NCBI GenBank assembly: GCA_043228905.1
Contig: JBHGNT010000004.1
Span: forward strand, 21,080,001 to 21,144,000
Reading direction: 5' to 3'
DNA: 64,000 nt
From: Azolla caroliniana
Taxonomy: Eukaryota; Plantae; Polypodiophyta
The position numbers and the translations under genes are program-made. This document shows, one piece after another, positions 18,853 to 33,307 of this stretch; the first letter of the stretch is position 1, and every line of letters starts with the position of its first letter. The notes below the pieces were generated by a model. It was not told the origin of the DNA and ran no database searches. It worked only from the letters and a program-made list of their open reading frames with translations.

Positions 18853-20599
18853 GAGTGCAAGAGCAGTGATTTTGGGGTACATTTGCGAGTGAAGTAATTT
18901 ATAATTTCATCTTTGTTCTAATCTTAGGATGAAATACATGTACGGATGATCTGATCATCCTGAGAGCTTTTAGTCATTCTTTACTGCTGGGGGAGGAGAA
19001 AGTGATACCCAGTCACACTAGACATCTATGGATCATAACTTGTTTTATGATCAAGCTAGTAGTGGACTGCTGGATCATAACTTCCATGGATGACCAGACT
19101 GCTAGTAGTGGACTTCTCGATTGTCACGTGGCATACTAGAATAAATGTCGTCTATTAGGAAGACTGTTCTTAACAGTGAATATAAGATCATATGCTGTAA
19201 TTGGGAATCCTCAAGTTAATTTTTTGATAACATTGGTTATCCATGAGTTATTTTGGCTTCATGCATGTATTGTTCCTGGAAATAAATCATTCATGACTAC
19301 TAAAAAAGCAATGCATCTTTGTTACTTTTTGTGATGACAACCAGTTTCTGCCTAGTTTATTGTATATCTTGACAATGATTTACTGTATGAGTTCGCATAC
19401 ATGCTTTCCTCGTCACATAAGAGGATCCCTTTCAAATGATTGCTGCTTGTTAGTATTAAAAAATATATTTAAATTTTCATGTATATGCTGTGTACATACT
19501 GATGACATAACTATCACAAGCAGCCAAAACTTTTCAATAGCTCAAAATTTCATGTGAATATATCTCCTATTAACATTCATAACCATTCCAGTTATTCTGA
19601 AATGAATGGAGCACAGTGATTGTAGACCTGTCTTTAGTAAATATATAAAGGGAAAACGTATTGTTTAGTAAGAGACATTATCTTATTAATCATTATGTGT
19701 TCAGGTGACAAGAACTTTGCCACTTGAAAAATGGCTTTTTAATATTGAGATTGATGAGAAATCCCTGAAACATTAGCAATCCTCCTTAAACGGCAATGCT
19801 GACAATGAGAGGACATGAGTAGGACTATATGCAAACAACATTGTCCTTTAAAATATTGTTAATGAGAATCAAGAATGCTAGCATTTACCCATGCTCCCTA
19901 CTACTACTAATTGCACCACCATTACCACAACTAAAAAGTTCCATAGTAACTTATCGTCTCTCCAATTTACAAAGAGATGCTTCTTGATGTTTTACAAATC
20001 TTCTGTACAGTCTCATTCTACCATTAGTATACTGATGATCTAAATTACTATATCTACCAATCTTTTTGGTTAATATGCTACATCAATAATTGGAGAATTG
20101 GGTTTTGTAAGAATTGATTGAGAATAATGCACAATCCTCCTAATTAATTAAAATGTTAGAATGATGCGGAACACGACATCCTTGGTTACACTGTTGAAGT
20201 AAATTCTCCCCCTCAGTATGCTTTCAGTGAGACGATCACTGTAATCACAGATGCTTACAGGCCTCAAGAGGACGATAATACATCATCATCATCACTTTGT
20301 ACTTAACTGCAGTTATCATTGTTTGGTGTCTTAATATTTCATTTATGTTTGATTCCATGTTCCTAGTTGCAATGCGTAAAATTCAATACATTTCTTGTCC
20401 CATTTTTCTTCAAATCATTCCCTAGACAAAAGTGGGCAATGCCGATGTTGGTTGCGGTTTATGCTAGTTCCACCAACAGGGTCTTTGTGAGCTGCCTTTC
20501 ATCCCACTTGTCTGATTTTCTTGTGCTTGGTGTGAGGTAATATATTTTGTAGATGTGATGGGTACCACCATCAATTAATGAGCCATTATTACTAAGGCA

Positions 20600-20910
20600 T
20601 TTGCTATTGAGGCACAGAGATGCGCATGGACAACAGTGTCGCCCCTTTTCCAATGCTCCAGCAGCTTGAGGCATCAGCCGACCCCTATACCCTCACATGT
20701 TGCATGTGCCATTGAGGCACAGAGATGTGCGTGGACAACAGTGTTGCCCTTTTTCCAATGCTCCTGCAGCTTGAGCCATCAGCAGACCCCTATACACTTT
20801 CACATGTTGCACGTGCTATTGAGGGACAGATGTGCATGGACAACAGTGATGCCCTTTTTCCCATGTTCCTTCCACCTTGAGCCATCAGCGGTCCCCTATA
20901 CACTTTCACT
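20600..20910. repeat. tandem repeat, ~105 bp x3
   Basis: attgaggcacagagatg.gc.tggacaacagtg...cagcttgag.catcagc.gacccctatac repeated three times. Confidence 0.85.
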
Positions 20911-22321
20911 AATAAGCATTTACACTTCCATTTACAAGTAGCTTGTTGAAAATCTACAATGCATGCAATAATGATCGTTTTGCATTCACAAGTATCCCTT
21001 TGAATTATGGTTTTTTGTATTCTACATGTGCCTTTTGTTTAACAAAGGGTTGGACATTTGGTTTGAATACTTTTCTAAGGATGTGAATTCTTGTTGAACC
21101 AGTGTGCATATATCTTCATTTTGGAGCCCAACCACTTCTCCAATTTAATTGCATGGATAATCTTTAGAAACTCCTGCAGAGTTCCACATTTATTTCAACA
21201 TTTTCAGAATTTTGAAAGAATTACATTGTTTCCTAAAAGCCAATATACTTTCATGATTGCCAAGATCACAGTGTGTTCTTAGCAACCAAGATCCCTGTCC
21301 GTGTTCTACTGTCGATACTAGTAAAGCACTTCAAATCCTCTGAAAATCTGAGAATCTATTATAGCTTCTTCAGCATTTCCAGTCGATTGAGAGACCCTCA
21401 GTTAGATAAGATGGGATCTAGCTCTTCATAACCAACTTACTGGGCAAACCATGATAGTAGAAATAGTAAGTCTCATGATAAGCTGATGTTCATACAGACG
21501 ATGATGTTTCAGCATCTGAAGCATCCCCATGTCAAAAGTTGGAAATGGTGAAAGCACAGGAAGTAAACCAATTAGAAAATCTCTATTATCCATCACCAAC
21601 GCTTTTTATTAAACCAGGTCTCAGCTGCAAACCCTTATATTTGGTCAGAAGGTTGATATGCTACATACTTGTTTTACTTGGAAAATCACAAATGCAATCA
21701 GTTATCACAAATTCATCATCAAAAACAGAATGATCCAAGGAGACACTGTACAAGCAGAACTTCAATATCTAAATCAAAGATTATACATCATCCTTTCTTC
21801 AGTTTACCTTCAATCCATGTCCCTTGAGCTCGCGATTTAGTAGGATAAGGCAAGTTTCACTGTAAACCTGATGTTCAGGCCCACCATGTACTTATCTCAA
21901 CACCTTGTCTGCATCCAATCTTTGATTCGCCTGAAAATACTTACGGAATAGCTCAAACGTGTGTGTAGACTCCAGAGCCTTTTGTTAGCATTTATCTGCT
22001 AACTGACAGCCTTACAATAAAAAGAACGAACAACCATTGGATCACTAAGATCATCTCTTGTCCCTGTTCAACTGGTGGGTCTTGTAGTCAAGCTCCCTTC
22101 TGCCTTTGCAATCGATATCTGATTTCTGTCCAGACTGAAGAAATCTTTGCACGTCTCCTTTAGAATAATTAAAGAGTGCATATTATTTTTCCTTTTAGCA
22201 TTGCAAGCTTAAAAAACATCATATGCAAGATAGATGTACTCGTAAGATTTCATATTATTGGAAACCTTCAGAACTTAGAGAAGAATAATGAATTGTTCAA
22301 AACATCAGTATTTTTTACCTT

Positions 22322-22560
22322 CTCAAAAAGGACCGCAATTTTTTCTTTGGCAGTAAAGAAGAGAGTTTCCGCTGTGAGACTACAGAAGTAATGGTCGACA
22401 TCTCCAATGTATGTTTCCATAACTGCAAACTGCAAAATGACTCGAAAAGGAACACAATTTTATCTTTAGCAGTAAAGAAGGGAGTTTCAGCTGTGAGACT
22501 ACAGAATTAATGGTCGACATCTCCAATGTATGTTTCCATGACTGCAAACTGCAAAATGAC
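22322..22560. repeat. tandem duplication, ~119 bp x2
   Basis: gcagtaaagaag.gagtttc.gctgtgagactacagaa.taatggtcgacatctccaatgtatgtttccat.actgcaaactgcaaaatgac occurs twice. Confidence 0.9.
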
Positions 22561-22741
22561 ACAGAAAAATGCACAAAGAATGTGAGGGCCTCATCCATTT
22601 AATGGCATCAGTAAGTAATAATTTCCAAAATAGCTGAGAAAAATAAGAACCTGGTTACGAAAGATTCTTGGCACATAGAATTAGTCTTCTCTCTTTAATC
22701 TTTCAAACAAAGATGAATGTAAGGTCCACAGAATCGCGCTC

Positions 22742-22780
<39 letters not shown>

Positions 22781-23668
22781 ACAGCTGCTGGGTCGACGAT
22801 CTATATCACAACGTAACGCAAGCAGAAGGAAGGAAGACAGAAACGAAAAAAGGCCCACCTTCAAAAACAAGTCTGAAGAAAGAAACCTCAGCAGAGGGGA
22901 ACAGGACATGGCCCAACTGTCGAAGCGAAGGAGAAGATGATGAAGAGGGGGGGGGGGGGGCATTTTGACAATTACCAAAACCATGAGGGGCATTTGGATA
23001 ATTACCAGAAATATGAGGGTCATATAAGTAAATATCCACAAAGTTGGGGGATTATGATATTGGTGCTTTGTTTTTTTTTATTATCTCCCCATCGATCATC
23101 TGGGCCCCTCGAAACCATATATTCTTTTGATGCACAATAGGAAGAATAAGGCTTTAAATTTTTATGTGCCCCCGAAAACCACTAGGCATATGGTTTCTCC
23201 TTTCTTCGCAACAACCTGTTGTCATCGATCATGTCCTCTGCATACTACTATAGCCAATGAGTAGGCCCACGTATTCACCCTGGTGAATCCTCCTCACGTT
23301 TCGGGTTCCGTTCATATGTGGGGTGTAGTATATATGTGTGTCCACACACAGAGCCCGCCTTGTTTTGGGGCTACATTGCCCCCGAATATGTAGAGGATAT
23401 ATATATATACTTGCTTTCGTGCATTGGTCATCATCTCGGGTAACGGCCAATGATTGGTTTAGATTGCATGACACCATGAGATGGAAAATAAATTACCATG
23501 TATAGCTAGGGAATCGTTTTCTTTGTAGGGTAACTAGCTTTAAGTTTAGATGACTTGCCATAATTTTCATTTTGAGCAGAGATCACCCCATATGAGAAGG
23601 CTTATTTTTTTTCCCAATGAAGGCCCACAAGAAGGTTTGTTTGTTTGCGCCCTAGCTCAAATTGATGC

Positions 23669-25098
23669 CCAGTCCACTAAAAGAGCATATATTGTCCAAC
23701 TAGGGTTTATACTCTCTGGGTGGTCTTCAAAGCTCATGCTTAGATGGCTCAAATCTACGCCTAGAGAATCTCTTAGTTTGTGTGTGAAGCCTTCATTAGT
23801 CAACAAATGAAGCCCTTTTCATGAGAAGTTATGTGTTTTCAACCATGTTCAAATCATTCGACACCCTTGTTTAATCAATCAAGTAATACTTTCAATCAAG
23901 CAACCTACTCGTAAGTTGAACATCCTACGATTATAGATGGCTTGCAACTACCAATATATAGAGACTTCTCTACTTCTGCAACAAACCAACATTGCTTGTT
24001 AGAACCTAAACCAAAAAGGGAACCTGTCTTTCAAATGGCCACCTAGAAATATATACCTTGAGAGCACTACTTTCACAGGTTGTCCACCTTTCGATTCACA
24101 GTGCATGCTTTGATTCTAGGCTTCAAGCCGGTTGGAAATCGTATTTCCTTTTGGAGAACCAATGCTACCAAAGTGATACTTGTGGATGGGAAGTAAAACT
24201 ATTGTTGTTCAATGCCATTGTAAATCAAGTATTGCTTTATGAAGTAAGAGTATGGGGTAGTACCATCTCTCTTTATGCATGGAATGAGATTGAGAAAATT
24301 CAAAAGATGTTTTTAAGAAGGCAATTAGGAGTTAAATGCACTACCTCTTACTAGGTTATGCTCTTGGAAATAGGTGTTAGGTCCATAGAGATATTGGCAC
24401 TCCAAAGAGTATACGGATACATTACAAAAGTCAAGAATATGCCGAATCATTGATTATCACATCTTGCTCGGAATGTTGGATGTAAGCTACAAAAGAATCA
24501 TAGAGTAAAATTATCTCATCTAGTTGGGTTGTTGACATGAGAAAATGGTTCAAATGATGGGGCGTGGGTGATCATTTACAGTTCGTGGGCGATACTATGC
24601 ATTATGTAATGATTTGAGGAAAGGTTGGCAGAATCATTAAGAATGAAGTGGGAAGATGCTAAGAGGACAAAGCTAGAAGGCTACATTGCAAATGTAAACT
24701 TACACTACTTCGCACTTGATCTAACAAGCCAGGAATCAAAATTGTTGCATCATGGTATCAAAATGTAACGAATTTGAAGGCATGTAAAGTATACAATGAA
24801 GGCATTGTAGAGGATGAATGTCACTTGCTCTTGACAAGCTCGGTATACAGTGCGATTCGTGCAAGATATGATGACATATTAAGAGGGAGTGATAACTTAA
24901 GTGCCATACTTAAGACATCGCCTAGAAGGTTGAGCTTATGTGTATGCCTTACTCATGCATAGAGACTTTGTGCTTCAATGTATGAATACCCTTTTTTAGG
25001 AAGGAGACACATATCAAGAATAGATGTATACTCTGGTCCCATAGGTAAAATTTGGCCTCTTTATGGACGATAAAAAAAAATTCTAAATTCTAAATTCT
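23669..25098 (+). mobile_element. RTE-clade LINE, 5'-truncated (possibly 5'-inverted), with (TTCTAAA)n tail and 10-bp TSD
   Basis: Degenerate ORF2 C-terminus (KLLLFNAIVNQVLLYEVRVWG, IEKIQKMFLRRQLGV, EDECHLLL); A-run plus (ttctaaa)3 tail at 25072-25101; AAATTGATGC at 23659-23668 and 25099-25108. Confidence 0.8.
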
Positions 25099-26173
25099 AA
25101 ATTGATGCAACAAAGTTTCCATTCATAATGTCTCATTATGGCAAGAGGATTCATCGTCATGATTATACCTCTTGTTTATATTTAAATGAGAACCTAAGTT
25201 TTATGGGTCCCATGAATGACACAAATATATAAAATGGTTGGGCATGAGATGCATGTAAGCATGGATTATGTGGAACCATAATGGGTGCAAGGTAATTGTG
25301 GATATCAAAAAAAGTTATTATTCATAGATCCACAACCTTGTAGAATGCCACATTGTCCCACACTTCGGGTATACACATTAGTGTTTTTTAGATTGAGATT
25401 ATGCACATTAATTTTCCACCTGAAACTTTGACTTTACGATATCACTTTCCACAATCAATATCAATGCCATTTATTAACATTGTTGTTTAGAATCACCAAG
25501 TTATCTATAGACTATAGCTATAGAAGACACTTTCGTATATATGGTAAGGTAACATCAATAAGGCAAGTGGGTTTTGAAAACTTTTGACTTAGGAGGAATT
25601 TATAATACAAAAGCGACAACATTAATATTCCAAATGATAGAAGCTAGATGCATAATATAACTAATCTACATCACGACTCTCTTTTTATGCTTGAACGGAA
25701 AAAAGTGAAGCAAGTATATTGGAATTTTGAAAGTGAAGCAAGCAACTCTCTAAGCTATTAAATATGTCACTACATATTTTGCCTTGCAAGTTGCCATATA
25801 CATGTAATAGAATTTGCACCTAAAAACTTAGATTAAATAAGACGACACTATAAGTAACCAAACATTACATGTTGATGCTAGATTCAATATTCAAAAAGCT
25901 TATACAAAAGAATTTCATTATTATGATGCACACAACTTTGTAACACAAATGAACGTGCATCATATGAAGAATTTAAACCAACATATGCATGTTATAGTCA
26001 ATAGACCATTGACTCTCAATTGTCTAACGTCATTGATAAAGTTTGTATGGTTCATAAAAATGAAGATTGGCCAATAATAGGTGAAAATACACTCAAAAGG
26101 TAAAGATTACATCACCCATGGAGAATCACAATGAGAAAGATTTAAAGGGTACACATTATTAAGATCATGATAT

Positions 26174-29036
26174 TGCATTGATGAAGATGATATGACAAAG
26201 CTTTTTGCCAATTCTATGACAGAATACATGCAACAAACTAAACTTAGCTTAATAATACAAACTTTCACTAGTTTCATTGTTAAAAAGACTAATTAAACGT
26301 TGAGACTTAAGTTTTAATTAGATTCTATTTGCTTTTTACTTCCACCTTTTCCTAGATGCTTTGACTAACTATTACACCAAAGAACAAAAAACCAATTATA
26401 TGAACCAAAAGTAATCAAAATAATAGAAATTCTTCTTGTTGTGACAAGCCTACCACGACGAACAAAAAAAGACACAAGAATCGTTCACTTCTAACCTGTA
26501 CGAGTTGTTCTCAACATGCAAATGGAAATATGGCTAAGTTTTGGTTTTTTTTTAAAAGGATGCATCTTGTTCTCAGAACATCAACACCATTAGGTATTAT
26601 ATTATCATGAAATCAATTATTCGCTTTGTTTTTGTCGATATTTGTTATTTAGAAACTGGATTTTCCACATCTATGTATGTAAAACTACATTATCAGAAAT
26701 CTTCGTGAAGTGTTATGGCCAAAAATATATGGACGAAAAGAAGACTTCAAGATGAATCAATTGAACCAACAATCAGCATGTTAAAATGCAATAAGTTGTC
26801 TAGAAAGTAAAAATATAACTCACTGAGAATGTAGTCGTAAGCTTGATTGAGTTTTCAAGACACTCTAGGTGTCAACATAGAGAGTAATGGTTGAGGACAT
26901 TTTTGTTGAATTTCATTGGTCAATTTGGATTATACTCAAAATATATGGCCTATGACACATTCCCTACATTCACATCGATTGTGTTAAAGTAGAAAATTTG
27001 AGAAAGGTTGAAAATAAACATCTAATAAATTTAGAGTAATCGCAAGCTTAACTTGTCGTTCTTTTTCTTTTGACACACAACCATTTTTTCTTCTCATGGA
27101 CTAATTTACCCCACCCACCACCACCCCAAAAAAAGAAACCCCCATATTTTCCAATTCTTCATGTGAATAATTGCATGTAATTGGTAGTGAATTTTTAAGA
27201 GGATTCCATGTTGGAGTTATGTTCATATAAAATTTGTTTTTTCCGATGTGTGATGCTATTAGAAAATCTTTGTTGGATTGGAATGGAGTTAGACTTTCAC
27301 TACTATAAGGTATCCTAGATAAAATCTTGTTCAATCATTACATATTAGCATCTATATGGTACCTTGTCATGGGGAAATGGATGTGTGCATGTAATGAATA
27401 AAATGCTCCCTCTATCTCTCTCTTTGAATAAGTGTATGTGTAAAATTCATTGAACATGTTTTTTTTATCACAATATCAAATTATGTAGATGTTTTATGAA
27501 CCTCATCAATTAACTTTATCCTACTTTGCGAATCTTTATTTGGTTTGGAGCTACTCGACACAACTCACATGTAAACAAATGTTTTCTAAAAGAAAATTGT
27601 AAGATTTTGTGCATCTTTTTAAGTATTTGATAAAGTTTTTTTGTTATTTGTCTTATAGTCTATAGAGTAGGCAACCAACATGATTTCATTAGGTATTGAA
27701 GAGTGATAATGTCACCAACAATGCTATTATGTTTACAAAAAATGTCATCATGCAATAAACTATGGCCAAATGTGAGAAGGAGATGATTGACCAATATTAA
27801 GCCATGCTTCATGAAGTTGCCACCAACCACTCAAGGACATTGTACTTGAAAACAATGTTGTTGTGGAGGAGTATTGATTGACAAGTTGATTAATTGCACA
27901 AAAGATTTTGTAAATGACTTTAACTATAGAATAAAAATGCAAGAAGGATGGAAAGGGATATTTTTATTAGTAGTAAAATTAGCCTTAGATGAATACAACA
28001 GGATCAATATGAAAATAGAAACACTCTTCCTCCTTTTTGGAAAAAGAAAAAAGAAAAAAAGAAGAAGAAACATTCTTCCTCCATTATCATTTTAATCTAA
28101 ATAAATTGTTTAAGCAATGGTTAATTAATTATTGATGAAGTGAAGGTGTTGACTATGAGTTAGTTGCTGGAGTCATTAACCACCCTCTAATAATCACACT
28201 ATGTATATGTGAAAGGCTCGTTGTTCCTCTTCTAGATGTTAATTTGACGTTAGTCATTGAGGTAAGATGATTTGATCCCTCCTATCAACAAAGAGTACAC
28301 TTGCACAATTGTGTTATTGGTAATACACTAGCATAGACTACCATAACTGCGGACACTCTCCCTTACAACCCACAAGTAACAAGGGTGTTGAGTCCAATGA
28401 TATCATAGAGGTGGAGAGGTTGAGAAGGAAAATCTTGAATGCCTTCTCAATGTTTTATGATTGAGGTATTATCAACATTTGTTTACTAGAAAAATATCAT
28501 TAGTAGAGTGGGTTCACCAACAACTTAACATTGTGGTCAGCAACAATCAATTTTAAGATGTATACAAAGGCCTCATGGGGTTTTAAAAAAAAGTTGTTTC
28601 ATAACATAAGAACATGATATATATAAAACTTACAAACTGAACATATGGTGTCATTTTGGTGTCAATTGTGTCTAAGATATTATGTGTAATCACATAAAAT
28701 GTGCTAAATTTGGCTACTTTATGGTTCAACATCAACAAAGATATGTAGTTTATGGAAAGTGAAAGTGGCCCCAAACTCTAAAGCATGCAACCAATAGAGG
28801 TATCACATGTTATGGAATGGATACCGACGATCATTATGGCTTAATATAAAAACAGAGGAGATGAGGTACTTTTGGTGCCAATCGCATTAGGTGTCTTTTG
28901 TGGGTGATAATATGGGCCACTTATGGTAGAATACCACAAACATTGAAAGTGGGAATCCCTGGTGGCCCCCCTAACAACATGCCATTGTACGAGAAAGTGG
29001 TAAATAGAAGGGCTATAAAAAATCAAGTAATGGTTG
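26174..29036. repeat. copy A of a ~2.9 kb tandem segmental duplication of degenerate TE-derived sequence
   Basis: Colinear with 29105-33900 throughout; contains a LINE RT-flanking remnant (DAIRKSLLDWNGVRLSL...YILASIWY, ~27245-27365). Confidence 0.85.
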
Positions 29037-30848
29037 TTTCAGACTCCAGAGGAGGATTCTTTGGAGGGAGGGGGATTATATACACAAATCTATAACGGAA
29101 TATATGCATTGATAAAGATGATATGGCAAAGCTTTTTGCCAAGTCTACGACGGAATATATGCAACAAACCAAACTTAGCTTAATAATACAAACTTTCACT
29201 AGTTTCATTGTTAAAATAGACAAGATAAAAGGTTGATGTTTGAAGTTTTAATTAGATTCAATTTGTTTTTTACTTCCACCTTTTCCTAGATGCTTTGACT
29301 AACTATTATACCAAAGAACAAAAAACCAATTATATGACTATTTCTTCATGCCTTATGTCTTTTTGTTGGTATTTGGTTGCATTGTGACAAGCCTACCACA
29401 AAGAACAAAAAAGACACAAGAATCCTTCACTTAAAACCTATGTGAGTTGTTCTCAACATGCAAATGGAAATATGGCTAAGTTTTGATCATTGAACAAAAG
29501 GATGCATCTTGTTCTCTTAACATCAACATCACAAGGTATTATATTATCATGAAATCAATGATTTGCTTTGTTTTTGTAGATATTTCTTATTCATAAACCG
29601 GGTTTCCAACATCTATGAATGTAAAACCGAGTTATTGGAAATTTTCACAAAGTGTTATGGCCAAAAATATACGAAGGAAAGGAAGACTTCAAGATAGGTT
29701 AGTTGTACCAACAAGCGGCATGTCAAAATGCAATAAGTTGTCAAGAAAGCAAAAATATAACTCATTGTAGTCCTAAGCTTGATCGAGTTTTCAAGCCACT
29801 CTCGATGACAACATAGAAAGTAATGCTTGAGAATATTTTTGTTGAATTTCAATGGCCAATTTTGATTATTACTAAAAAATACATGATTATTCCTATGCCA
29901 ATTTTGTTGAAAATTTGAGAAAGGTTGAAAATAAATAAACTATCTAATACAATTAGGGTTTAGGGTTTAGGAAAAATAAAATTTGAGTAATGACAAGTTT
30001 AATTTATCGTTCATTTTCATTCAACATACAACTTTTTTTTCTTTTCATGGACTATTTTACACGCCCCCCCCCCCCCAAAAAAAAAAAAAACCTTATAGTT
30101 TTTTATCTTTCATGTGAATAATTGCATGTAATTGATAATTTGATAGTAAATTTCTAAGAGGATTCCATGTAACTAAGATAATGTGTCATTATCTTAGTTA
30201 TGTTCATATAAAATTTGTTCCTTCCGATGTATGATGCTATACAAAAAAACTTTGTTGGATTGGAATGGGGTTAGACTTTCACAACTATAAAATATCCCAA
30301 ATAAAATCATGTTCAATCATATAAATTAGCATGTATATGGTACCTTGTCATAGGGAAATGGATTTATGCATGTAATGAATAAAATGCTTCCTCTATCTCT
30401 CTTTATGAATAAGTGTGCCTGTGTTTGCATGTGTGTAAAATTCATTGAACATGTTTTATTAACTATCAAATTACATAGAGTGTGTTCGCATGTTTTATGA
30501 ACCTCATCAATATCCTACTTTGAGAGTCTTTATAAATATAACCTTTGGTTTGGAGCTAATTGACACAACTCACATGTAAGCAAATGTTTCCTAAAAGAAA
30601 CTAGTAAGATTTTGTGCATCTTTTTAAGTATTTGATAAAGCCTTCTTGTTATTTGTGTATAGCAAAAACGCTTGCTGAGCAATACTGGACCATGCTTCAT
30701 AAAGGACACTCAACTTGAAAACAATGTCATTGTGGAGGATTATTGATTGTCAAGTCAACTAATTGCACAAAATATTTTGTAAATAATTTTTAACTGTATG
30801 ATAGAAATGCAAAAAGGAAGGAAAGGGATATTTTTCGTCGTGGTAAAT

Positions 30849-32109
30849 TTAATTTAAATTTATTTATTTATTTCCAAAAAAAACTCCTTTAATTAGTTAT
30901 AAAATTTTACATTTGAGAATGTTACATACAAATCCTAGAAAGGACTCGATAGTTCCATCTTTTTTTTCCAAATAAACACTACTTCACATTAGTTAGCAAA
31001 CGAAGTACATAAAAGTTCAGCCGTATTCAACAAAACTCACACTTCTCCCCACAAAACTAATGATAATCCCCACTGCCTCATTTACAACAAAAGTATCCCA
31101 CCGACTCTTTTTACATGGTAACTTACTTGTACCACAATTATACATATTTATATCGACTGCCCACTAATGGAAGCTATTGGAAGAAACAACCATCTAGGTG
31201 CTTGGTAGTTCCATTTAGGCCCTCATGATGATTTCACCATCATAGGAGAACCACCCCATTTTAACAAAAACTTTGACCGAGCCCTTTCTGCTTCATCGGA
31301 GTCCCCTTGAATCGTATCGTCCGCGCAACCAAAACACTAGCTCGAACCAAATGTTTAGCAACACCTCACCACTTGGAAGCTTTCATTGCTGAAAAACAAA
31401 CATACAACGCCTGGTCCAAATGTGCCAAGCCGATAAGAACGCCACCAACATCCATATCTCCTCAAAAAAACCAGAGTTTGTGCCAGGTCTCACTCCAACA
31501 CATTGGAACACACAACCACCCTGTACTATAAATCCATGACCATGTGGGTCTAATTGTTCGCCCCAACCTTCCCCTATTAACTTCAAACTCTCTAAGGAAG
31601 GACCCCACACGACTCTCCCATTCACACCACATGTTGCCACCATCTTGAGAGTTCTACCCCAAATGTTGATTGCCTCTACACAATTCCCAAAATAGTGAGG
31701 TATCAATTCCAAAGAGTGTCAACATAACTTACAACAAGCCTTCCCACCACAACACCTCATCCACTCCCCTACAGGTATCGCCTTATGGCTAACAAGCCAA
31801 AACCAAACCTTTATTTTTTCTGTTATATCCAACACCAATAGTCATCTGATATGCCTTTATCCCTCCAACTATTGCATGTCTGAGCAGCGCCCACTGATTT
31901 GGAGCCAATGATTTGCCTTCCTTGCTTAGTACTATACTAAAAAAAACCCTCCAGTTTGTGGAGGCCCACTGACTCAAGAAAGAGAGAGGACTACCATTGT
32001 TGGATGAAGGCTAATCATTGGCTTTCGGCTTTATCCGATCTGCTTGTGCTACCATTGTATTGGCTCTTTAGCATGGCTACAACTTCACTCCATATCTCCC
32101 ACAATAACA
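30849..32109 (-). mobile_element. 5'-truncated L1-type LINE inserted in duplication copy B
   Basis: Minus-strand LINE C-terminal peptides (HYFGNC, EEIWMLVAFLSAWHIWTRRCMFVF); T-rich tail at the left end; approximate TSD tggtaaattt/tagtaaaatt; empty site in copy A near 27970. Confidence 0.75.
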
Positions 32110-32519
32110 TAGTAAAATTAGCCTTAGATGCATACATTTAGGATCAATATTAAAATAGATATATGTGTTAGTGCATTGTTATTATATTGTGTGGAAAACC
32201 ATTCTCCATTACCATTTTAATCTAAATAACTAATTAAGCAATAATTAATCAATTATTGATCAAGTAAGTGAAGTGTTGATTACGAGTTAGTTGTTGGAGT
32301 CGTCAACCACCCTCTAATATATCACAATATGTATTTGTGAAAGGTTCACCATTCCTCTTCTAGATGTTAATTTGACGTTAGTCCTTGAAGCAAGATGATT
32401 TGATACCTACTCTTAGCAAAGAGTATACTTGCATGATTGTGTCATTGGTAATACGCTAGCATAAACTACTGTAACCAGTGACACCCTCCCTTACAACTCA
32501 CTAGTAGCAAGGGTGTCGA

Positions 32520-33307
32520 TGTTAGATATAATCAATGATCAACCTGAAGTTGTAAATCCATCCCCATATGTGCTCTTAGAGTGCACATTTTGTGATAGTG
32601 CCCCAAATGAGGAGTGGCTAGTGTGCAACTCGACCATATGGGTTGATAAGGTGTTAATCTAGGAAACTGTAGATGTGTAGGACACAATGTATTTAGGAAA
32701 GAGCGAAATAGGTAATAGGATTGGCCAATCAAGTCAATTAGAATATTTTGTGGGCAAGTTACGATGTACTTAGTCTTGAAGTATGTGCCATTGACTTCAA
32801 GATAAGTACTATCTAGCATTGGCCTATATCTAGGGAATTGGGTCATATTAAATGACAAGTCAGTTGACAGAAAAGGAATATCTCCACTACTATCAACTGA
32901 CTTGCACATTTAATGTTATACTTAGACCAAACATAGAATATAATCCACTTTCTTACACTGTGGATGGATTGACCTATATCTAGGGAATTGGGTCATATTA
33001 AATGACAAGTCAGTTGACAGAAAAGGAATATCTCCACTACTATCAACTGACTTGCACATTTAATGTTATACTTAGACCAAACATAGAATATAATCCACTT
33101 TCTTACACTGTGGTTGGATTGATCATCAATCCCCACTAATTTTGTAGTGAGCTGGTCCATATCCTATCTAAGCTCTAAGGTGTGAGCGCATGGGTAAACT
33201 ACCATTGTGAGCTACTCTTATATGTAATAGAAGTTTTGTTTTCATATATCCATCTCTGTAATTGTAACTCTATATACCTATCTAATCAATTCTCAATATT
33301 TCTAACA
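32520..33307. mobile_element. solo LTR (788 bp) with an internal near-perfect 150 bp tandem duplication
   Basis: Termini TGTTAGA...TCTAACA; TSD GTCGA at 32515-32519 and 33308-33312; empty site (gttga) in copy A at ~28387; internal repeat 32823-32972/32973-33122. Confidence 0.9.

Noticed and set aside
20600-20910. Kinase-like KVYRG..ADGS on the minus strand of the tandem repeat
   Set aside because: Needs a frameshift and no other kinase motifs follow
21476-21520. Box C/D snoRNA-like motifs
   Set aside because: Boxes are imperfect and too close together for guide regions
29950-29972. Telomeric TTTAGGG repeats
   Set aside because: Only 2-3 units, inside a duplicated TE-derived region; at most a small filler
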